Of a DNA stretch of 64,000 nucleotides, positions 54,591-64,000 are shown piece by piece. Origin of the DNA: Callorhinchus milii (taxonomy: Eukaryota); contig NW_024704743.1 in NCBI RefSeq assembly GCF_018977255.1, positions 19,284,001 through 19,348,000 on the forward strand, given 5' to 3'. Both the position numbers and the translations under genes were made by a program. The notes under the pieces were generated by a model. The model was given only the letters and a program-made list of their open reading frames with translations, had not been told where the DNA came from and ran no database searches. Position 1 is the first letter of the stretch, and every line of letters starts with the position of its first letter.

Positions 54591-54914
54591 TATTTCTGCA
54601 GTTTTTATATATTTATTTTTTGCTCCATTTCGAAAATCCAGGATGTTCTAACATGATTTGTAACAGGATTTCTTAATGAAGGAAGCAGCCTTTGACCCTG
54701 ATTGTTGGGAGTATACTTTCACACAATCTACTTTCAGAGCAGATTTCCGGTGAGTTTGTGTGATACTTCTGGTTGCTGGAAGAAATTCAAATTTAGTCTC
54801 CTTAGTTAAGGAAGAAAAAGCCACATATTAGACAATAAATAAATTATTAGGCATTGTGAAAAATAATTGCATGTATATAGAACTACACCTGTATGATGCT
54901 TCTCTGTCTTGCAG

Positions 54915-55206
54915 ATTCTTTTCTACTATCATATGGCAGGACATAGTATTGGATCCTTAATAATATACCAAGTGACTGTATCAGATCGCCGCACAATGCT
55001 TTTCAACTTAACTGGGGACCAAGGCAACTATTGGAAACGGGCTAAAATCCCTCTCAGTGCAGATGAAGACTTTGAGATACTGTTTGAAGGATGGGTTGGG
55101 AAGGGAACAAAAGGAGACATATCACTGGATGACATTACCTTCACAAAAGAGTGCATCCCTTCATCCATTGCTTTTGCTGAAGAACCAACTGTACTTCCTC
55201 CAACAG
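54915..55206 (+). CDS. MALRD1: MALRD1 exon: MAM C-terminal half
   Basis: ctgtcttgcAG|...CAG|GTATGT; 292 nt, phase 0-1; ILFYYHMAGHSIGSL...GDQGNYW...GDISLDDITFTKEC. Confidence 0.96.
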
Positions 55207-55798
55207 GTATGTCTTGACAATGGATCAAATTGCAGTAAAACTCATTACCATGTGCTGTCATTAATAAGCCATGCAATTCATTTAGTGCCTTTCACTTTAG
55301 AAGGACGCCTCCGAACATTTCACAGGATTTACAGAGGAAATCAATCAGTAATGATAAACATAATCCATAATTTATATATTTGTTGGAATATACAATAGAT
55401 CTTGATAAATTTCCATTGTGGTTGAATTTCAGGTTGTTGATGCAAATAGGAAGCACGATGACCAAGAGGCCCTAAAATCTTCATGGTCTTAGCCTTAAAA
55501 TTATTCTCTTCAAATTTAAATGAGGTCAGAAATCTTTCGGTCTCCAGTTTCTGGTTACAGGCAAAGGCCCCAAATTATGTGTACGTCTACTTGCAAGGAA
55601 CGGCAATATTAGAGCATCTAAAAATAAAAGCAGTTTCACATGTTGTCTCCAAGATGATAACATTGTATATTTTGGCTGGTCGTCAAGACCAAAGATGGCA
55701 GCCAACATCTTAAGTTTAAAAAGCTCCTAAGGAGCAACATGGTGTCAAAGCTGTGGAGGTGTTCAGTTCTGAAATAAATAACAACAACTTGCATTTAC

Positions 55799-56142
55799 GA
55801 GTCTTGTGGCTTAGTGATTAGATCACTTGCCTCACAAGCGAGAGACCTGGGTTTGAATCCCGGCAGGGCGAAACGTTGGGCAAGTTTCCTTACTTCCACA
55901 CATGTCTGTTTACCTCGCAGTAAGTAGGAACCCGGTTGTTGGTCAATTGGCGGATCGTTTTTCCGGGCATAATAGTTCCTTCAAAAAAATTTAATAATTT
56001 GGTCACTGAATCCACGACTGTTTGTGGCTGCCGTATTTTGCCCACAAAATATGCAGTCAATTCACTTAGCAGAATATTCTGTGAATCAAGTCTTGAAGAC
56101 ATGATAAAAGTGCTATATCAAATGCAAAGATTATTATTATTA
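55799..56142 (+). mobile_element. tRNA-derived SINE, long subfamily
   Basis: Head, internal tgtttacc..cagtaagtaggaaccc segment and (ATT)n tail. Confidence 0.85.
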
Positions 56143-56604
56143 TATAGCGCCCTTCACACCGGCGTCCTGGAACGCTTAGATATTTATTGATTGAAATAAA
56201 TATATAGTTATTTCATAAAGGAAATGGGTTATGAAATGTCGCACATTTACCCCTCAGGTGAAATTCCTCTTGCTGCGAATCGTAGTAACTGTAACGGAAC
56301 AGAATTTTTATGTAAAGTATGCTTTCTAATGAAGTACCATTAGGGGCAGTATATGTAAATTGTAAAGTCTTCAGAAATACAAAAGATAATTAATATTTCA
56401 CCCTGTGAATTTATTTTCTGGTTTGATTCATTTTCTGCTTTGAACTCACTTGATTGCATTAATTTTGACCACCTACCCAGTGACTATCCTCGTGTGGGAG
56501 GGAGGTAAGTGGGGTCTTCTTGGACATTTCCATAAGTAGGTGACATACATCAAACTGGCTGGATACTCTTATGGTGATGGGTTTCCAAAAGTGCCAGATC
56601 CATC

Positions 56605-57358
56605 TAAACACCACCAACAACTTGCACTTATATAGCACCCTCCATGTAGATGCATCCACACCTTCAAGAGTGAGGTTGATAGATTTTTGGTAGGTCAGGG
56701 TATTAAGGGGTTTAAGGGGGAGTGGTTGGAAGCACGGTCGAAGAGGAAGGTTTTCAGGTGGGACTTGAAAACGGGGACAGAGGGGGCAAACCGGAGGATT
56801 GAGGAAGAGTGTTCCAGAGTTTCGGGATGTAGTGGCTGAATATGCGACCTCCAATGGTAGAGCGGAGAGTGCGAGGGACGAGCAGGAGGCTGGTGTCAGT
56901 CGAGCAGAAGTGTCAGGCAGTGGATTTGGGAGTGAGGAGGTCGGAGAGGTAGGGAGATGCGAAGGAGTGAAGGGATTTTGGACATAAGCGTGAGGATCTT
57001 GAAAGTCGATCCATTTGGTGATGGGGAGCCAGTGGAATCTGGCCAGAACTGGTGGGATGTGGGTACGGAGTTTGATCCGGGTAAGTATGCGGGCAGCAGA
57101 GTTCTGACTGAGCTGCATTTTTTGAATAGTGGAGCTGGGGAGACCGGTGAGGAGTGCGTTTGAGTAATCCAGGCGGGAGGTGACAAATGCATGTGCAAGG
57201 GTTTCAGCTGCATTTGGGGTAAGGTGGCAGAGGCTGAAGAAGGCGGTCATGATTAGGGACTGGATGTGGGAGAGGCAGGACAGCTAGGGGTCGAACTGGA
57301 AGCCTAGATTTCGCACTGTTTTGGAGAGTCTGAGGGAGAGCCCAGGGAAGCTGAGGAG
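56605..57358 (-). mobile_element. L2 LINE 3' fragment
   Basis: HAFVTSRLDYSNALLTGLP..QNSAARILTR..HWLPI. Confidence 0.9.
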
Positions 57359-59268
57359 AGAGAAACAAAAACTAATTGCATTAATTTCTGAAGAAAAGAG
57401 TTTCACAGCACAAATAATGAAATGCATTTTTTCTAAATTAAAGTTGTAAAAAACACTAATGATCTGTGATAAGTGGCCACAGCAGTGAGTTTCCTGCACT
57501 GTCAGCATTATCAGCACCACTTTATGTAGCTACTGGAGTGGCTCACCTGACCCTTTGAAACCAGTGAAGTCCAGACAGTGCATGCAACTCAATATTATAT
57601 TGCAGTTGACAATATAGAGGGGACACCGGCAAAGTTAAGCATAGTGGGGTCTTAGCATCTCAACAACCCGTTTTGAAGCATTTCAATCGAATGTCATTTC
57701 CGATTGGCAGCGACGCGTTATCAACAGGAATGTCCAATGGGCTGAGCATTAAGCTTTCTTATTCAGCCGTGGGTTGAAATGACACCGAGTCTTAGCCTGT
57801 AACAAAAACATTTTGCCTTAAGCTTTAATATTGTACAGAACTGTAGAAAATTCTTGAATTCAGACTTAATTTGGAAGCCAATTATTTTTAAGAAAAATTG
57901 ATTTGTATTCGCTGCTTGTCAGTGCATTGTGTCAGAGATTTGGGACAGGGTCAGTTTTTTGAAAAACAATTAAGACCAAACTATTATAATTATGCAAGTA
58001 GGTTCAGGGAGCTCCAAAATCAGCCTCACTGTCTTTTCTTTAAGAGCTCTTGTGCATCCGTTGCATCACCCCAGAACTTTTAAGGATCTGTTTGAGAGGA
58101 GAGTCGGTATTGATTCAAACTTGCTGTGTTTGTTTTGAGGTTGTGCTTGTCAAAGTGCTGCTGAAAACAGCTCCTTGAAGAGTTCTCAGTAGAGTAGCTC
58201 AATCGTGTGTCACTCAAGCAGAGGGAAGTCTGGTTTGCAGCATCCTCCAAATTTATTTGAGGGATTGTTGGCCAGGACACCGGGAGAAATTCCCTTCTGT
58301 TTTCAAATAGTGCCACCAAATTTTTTTATCCGCCTTGGCAGGCAGATAGGCCCTTCGTTCAATATCTCGCCCAAAGGACAGCATGTCTGACAATATAGCA
58401 CAACTTAGCTTTGCATTGGAGTGTCAGCATAGACTATATGAGTTCCAAGTCCCATCATGGTTCTCAAAGGCAAGAATGCTACAAGGTGAGCCAAGCTGAC
58501 ACTAATTATTGCAGTTGATATGGCACTTAGAACCGCCAAAATCTCTCAATTAATTTCACAGATAATTGCTATAAACTGACGTGCCTGTGCATTTTGTGGG
58601 CAACCACAACAGCCAATTTGTGCACAGTAATATCCCACAAGCAACCATGAAGTGAAAGACCAATTTTATCTGGGGGATTGTTGGCCAACACAACAGATGT
58701 AACAGATGTCTACTCTGGCACTTTGTCACCATTTAAAACTGTGATAAACAAAATATTAATATTCAAAGTGGATGAAGCCTCCGACTGTTTGGAAGCCTCA
58801 GGACATGGTTTGTAGTATTCTTCCAATTATAACATTCCAATTGTACTGGATACAATAGAGACATCTGTGCAAAACTATGAATGTGACTTCCCACTGTGGG
58901 AATCTGTTCCTATTGTAAGAGATTATTAAACTGCATCCAAGATGAGCTGCTGGGCTTTCCTAACACTGTCAAGCTTCAAAGCTTCATACCATTGCTCTGT
59001 GAAGTGTCCACTGCAAGGAAACCCTAGACAGTTATTTATTTGAGCGTAATGTTGGACGTGGATGAAATCGAGCTGACTTTACACTGAGCTCAACCTGTTT
59101 TGCAAAGTTAAGATATTAAAATATCCAAATGAAACAAAACAACAGCAATTGGCACCAAAGTGAAGATGTTAAACTGAGAAGGGGATTGAGCAGGTAATAT
59201 CCTGGGTCAAGTTGAATAGCTTGCACTCCAACATGTGATTGTTATTCTAATTCACCAACAACAACATT

Positions 59269-59620
59269 GAGTCCTGTAGTTTAGTGGTTAGCGCTCGCTG
59301 CGCAAGTGAGAGGACCCGGGTTTATTTCCTGGACGGGGCAAAACCTTAGTCAAGTTTCCTTACTCCACGTGCCTCTGTTTACCCAGAAACCCAGTTGTTA
59401 GTCGATTGATAGATCACTTTCCAGGGGTAAAATTGTTCCAAAAAAAAAAATTATTTGCTCTCTCAATCTTTGACTGTTTATGGGACACTGCAGTGCACAA
59501 TTAGCTGTCGCGTTTCACCCACAAAGTACAGTCAATTCACTTTACAATATATTTTGTGAGGTACTTTGAGATATCTCAATGACGCAATAAGGCACTGTAT
59601 CAAGTGCAAGTTATTATTTA
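59269..59620 (+). mobile_element. tRNA-derived SINE, long subfamily
   Basis: gagtcctgtagtttagtggttag head through the tail atcaagtgcaagttattatt. Confidence 0.85.
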
Positions 59621-61674
59621 TTTCCCTTTTCTGCATAATCCTTAATCCTTTTCCTTCCCAAATTTCTCTCATATTAAATACGTATCTCTATATGTTAAAT
59701 ATTCCAATAAATGCCATTTCTCTCCCTTGCAGCCGGTTCTGATTGTTATTTACCCTCTGGGTAAAGAAACATTTTTTGGGGTATCTGTCCTGAAATTGCC
59801 CTTTACAACTCTAAACTTATGGCCTGTACTTCTACTGCATTGATGCATCCTAAAATATTGATCTGGGTTTACTACGCAAAGGTAAAATCAAGCAGTGAAA
59901 TGGACTGTGCACATTCAGAAGGCAGCATACCATTTCTACATCTCAATCAAGTTAGCCATAGTTCAGTACACACTGCACAATTTCAAGAATTTTTGGCACA
60001 ATGTGTAGCTTTTGGCTATTGTTCATAATCTCAGATAACAGATTTAAGACCCTCACAGAATAATTGGAAGTAAACTGCTATGGAAATGGTTCAGTATATT
60101 CTAAGCTCCAACATCGCAGCTGGATCTAAAACAGGTTTGATCAAATATCAGTGCAATGAGAGTCTGTCTCTTGGCTTTTAAAAAAGTGTCTCTTAAAGAT
60201 TTAAAATGGTTCAAATGTCACACACAAATGTCAAGATAAGATTCAGCAGAGCATAATGCTCAAGCATTGGATTTTGAACCATGATCTTCAGAAATTATAT
60301 TGAGAATCAATTTGATCCAGTTTCATGTCATTTTTAGAAGGGATGCAGAGAGCAGATAGTGTAACACAATATGAATGTGTTCTTCAATAACATCTGATAG
60401 AACACATGCTGTATTCACTTACCTAAGGCTAGCTATATTTCTCAGCTTCATCTGAAGCAAGTTTTAAATAAGTCTTTGCAATACAATCTCTGCCTACATT
60501 AACATAGGACTTGTAGAATAAATTCTTGTTACCGTTTTATTTATATTTTTACAGGACAGTTATAAAATGGTACAGTGATCCTTGGAATGCTGTCACATCT
60601 ACTGGATATCTGTCTCAGTGATCTGAATATTGTCATTTACATTACATTCTGATATTACACTGTGCTACTGAACAACAACAAATTATATTTAGATACCACC
60701 TTTCATTTCGGGAGGATGTCTCAAAGCATTTTAAACTGCTGACTAAAAACTCAAGTGGGGATAATAATAAATAATCCTTGCATTTGATATAGCACATTTT
60801 CATGTCTTCGAGACGTCTCAAAGCGCTTCACAGAATATACTGTGAAGTGAATTGACTGTATGTTTTGTGAACAATACGCAGCAGCCAATGCGCACAGCAG
60901 TGTCCCACAAACAGTCGTGGATTGAGTGACCAATTTATTATTATTATCAGGTGGAGGAAAAGATGACCAGAAGCATGGTCGAAAAGATAGGTCTGAAGGT
61001 GGGCTTGAAAGATGGGGAGGGGTGAAGCAGAGAGACTTGCAACGCAGTTCCAGAGAACAGGGCAGAATAGTTGGCAGGGCAGATCATGCAAGGGACAACA
61101 AAAACCACAGCACGTTGAATTTATATTCACATCATGCAACAGGCTGGTGTCCAATGAGTGGAGGGAAGGTTGCAGGAGGTCACAGAGTGCAGAGCGAGGG
61201 CAGAGCAAGACCATGAAAGGAAACAAATGAACAATACGGGAATGAAAATTCCCAAACATCAGGATTGCTTTATTCCTTTAACGTTTATTCTAAAACAAAC
61301 CCCAAGCACAACTGTTTAACTAAAAGTAAAATGCGTGTACACTTGCGCTTAACCTTTTAATTATTTTTCCCTCTGCCCTTATTAAAATGATCCTGGATAG
61401 TCTGAACGATTCTATCATATTTAACTGTTACCAACTGTGCAGATTGTGGCATTGCAAATTCATGGTCATTATTCATGGTGACAGCCCTTTTTATTTCCAT
61501 GTCAGTAAAAATGCTGAGCTGGACTCTTTTAATCTAAATGTACAATGTTTCATAACAGGATGTGATAATTGTTCTCGTGGTTTCGAAAGATAAAATGTCT
61601 AAGTCATATGGTAGCCTCGCCTTTCTCCCCTGCTCAGTGTCCAATCCTGCCACTATACAGTGCTCTGAGACACT

Positions 61675-62172
61675 ACAACAACAACAACAAAATTACAGTT
61701 GTAAAGTGCCTTTCATGTCGGGAGGATGTCCCAAGGTGCTGGACAGTCAGTGTTTCTGACCCGAGCTGGGGGTCGGGGTGGGGAGGATGGAGGGCAGGGG
61801 GGAAAGCAGGGAGATCGAAAGCACGGTCGAAGAGGAGAGTCTTGAGATGAGTCTTGAAGGTGGCAAGGGAGGGGGCGAGGTGGAGAGACTGCGGAATGGA
61901 GTTCCAGAGGGTGGAGCAGAGTGGCAGAAGGCCTGCCCGCCAATAGTGGGGCGAGCAAGGTGGGGGACGTGAAGCAGGCCGGAGCTTGCTGAGCGGAGGG
62001 AGCGAGCAGGATGATAGGGGGTTAAGAGGTTGCAAAGGTAGAGGGGGAGCAAGGCCATGCAGGCTTTGATGGTGAGGACCAAGATCTTGAACTGTATCCT
62101 CTGTGTGATGGGAAGCCAGTGGAGTTGGGCGAGGATAGGGTTGATAGGGTCACGGAGCCTAGTGCGGGAGAG
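61675..62172 (-). mobile_element. L2 LINE 3' fragment (second tail type)
   Basis: LRSASSGLLHVP..PTIGGQAF; FKTHLKTLLF; (GTT)n tail. Confidence 0.9.
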
Positions 62173-62629
62173 GAAAGGGACTGTACCAATGAAAGGCGCT
62201 GTGTCAATGAAAGTTCTTGTAATTATTGTACTCTGCTCTGAAGCTACAGGTTATTTATTTGAAAAATATAATAAAACTTTTTGTTGGTTTGCTGTTGAGC
62301 CTAGATCAAGTCAATTTGGCAAATTATTTCACGATGCTACCCTGAATGAAGGGTACTATATAAATCCAAGTTATTGTTGTTGTTAGGGTAGCAAAAGTAC
62401 TGCAACTCTGAGTAGCTTCCTGCAGCTGAACTGGAACAAATGCCATTATATGTACTTTCTATTCGAAACTTTAGGTGATCCCTGCAGTATGGAGTAAGTT
62501 TAAAAACATGAACAATAAAGGAAGTGCTTCTGGTGAATCATTTCATCAGCTGTAAAGCTGTTTATTCCAACCACCCTCTTCTTAAAAGATTTGGGTGAAC
62601 TGAAGTGGCACAAAAATAACCTGCTTTGA

Positions 62630-62950
<321 letters not shown>

Positions 62951-64000
62951 TAAGACTAGTCATTGTAAGACAAGTAAGACTAACAACAGCAATTTGCTTT
63001 TATATAGCGCCCTTCACACAGGTTAGCGTCTCGAAGCACTTAACAATGGCGTAGTTTGATGCCGACTTGGGAATAAAGGGGAGGTTACCGTAGGCATAGT
63101 CGAAGCAAAAAGAATGAAAAGATACGTTAACAGAATAAATCTAGACCCATGTGGAAATTTGACCCCAAAGTGCCTAAAAGTGCACCTGATGCGGTTAATT
63201 TACAATATTTCTAACATAATTCCTTAATAAAGAAATCCAAGTCACACAAATTAGGACTCCTTCCAACAACTGGGATGTCAATCTGACTCCTAGGAACTTT
63301 GATCCAACATAATCTATTTCCTGAGTGGAGTTTCCACGGGTCTATAGGAGATTCAGCAAGAAATTTAGGGGAACATCATTGTAACATGGTTCAGTTGGGT
63401 CTGAAAGCACAGTGATTGGGTTAAAAGCAAAGCACTAAAAAATGGGTGACTTCTGGGTTGTATGATTGCTGATGACGCCACTTACATTTACACTTACACG
63501 CTAGTACTGTTCACCTCACATCTTGCACTCTGCAATGTTAGCAGAACTTTCTGTGTAAAACACAAATGCCTGCAGGAACTGACTACACTGAAGCACCGGA
63601 AGCTGAAAGTCACTCCACTTTGTATTAATATACACCCACAATAGATGAAAGTCAGCAAGTCAGCATTATAGCAAAAGGTACTATTGCAAAGTTCTCCTGT
63701 GCCACAAATCAGATCTGAATATTTCAAATTGGGCCTTATGAGTGATTTGTACAAGGTCAGAATAACCTCTTTTAAATTATATTTGAATGCCCATGAGATG
63801 TAATCTACTATTTGATTAGCTTTGATCACAGCAACTTCATATTTGAGTCTAATGTATGATATTTGCAAACCAGATTTGTAGAAATAATTGCAATTTCCAG
63901 CTTCAAAATTTCACACACCTGCAAAGCACAACTCCCAAGTTATCCAGATTCACACAGGGTTGGAATCAGATGTTCCAGTTTGTAATAACATGCCTGAGAA

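Overview
Vertebrate genomic DNA, most likely a cartilaginous fish (inferred from the CR1/L2/DeuSINE/tRNA-SINE repeat landscape). The whole window lies inside one + strand gene, MALRD1 (Diet1; MAM and LDL-receptor class A domain protein). I mapped 15 GT-AG exons. Exons 2-15 (2771..62918) join in consistent phases into 2,877 nt (959 codons) with no stop: LDLa-MAM-LDLa-MAM-LDLa-MAM-LDLa-MAM-LDLa-MAM(partial). The gene start and end lie outside the window. The first exon (1142..1587) encodes an AbfB/CBM42-like beta-trefoil module resembling that of otogelin. I do not recall this module in mammalian MALRD1. It carries a 1-nt frameshift that an internal in-frame acceptor could bypass. Introns are dense with L2 and CR1 LINE fragments, tRNA-derived SINEs, DeuSINE relics and palindromic MITE-like elements. 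Notable intronic structures are an apparently full-length single-ORF L2 in a three-level nest (CR1<L2<CR1) with a GC-box/TATA/Inr cassette at its 5' end, and a ~0.9 kb foldback inverted duplication. Most ORFs in the supplied track are LINE debris or spurious. Repeat boundaries are approximate unless junctions are quoted.
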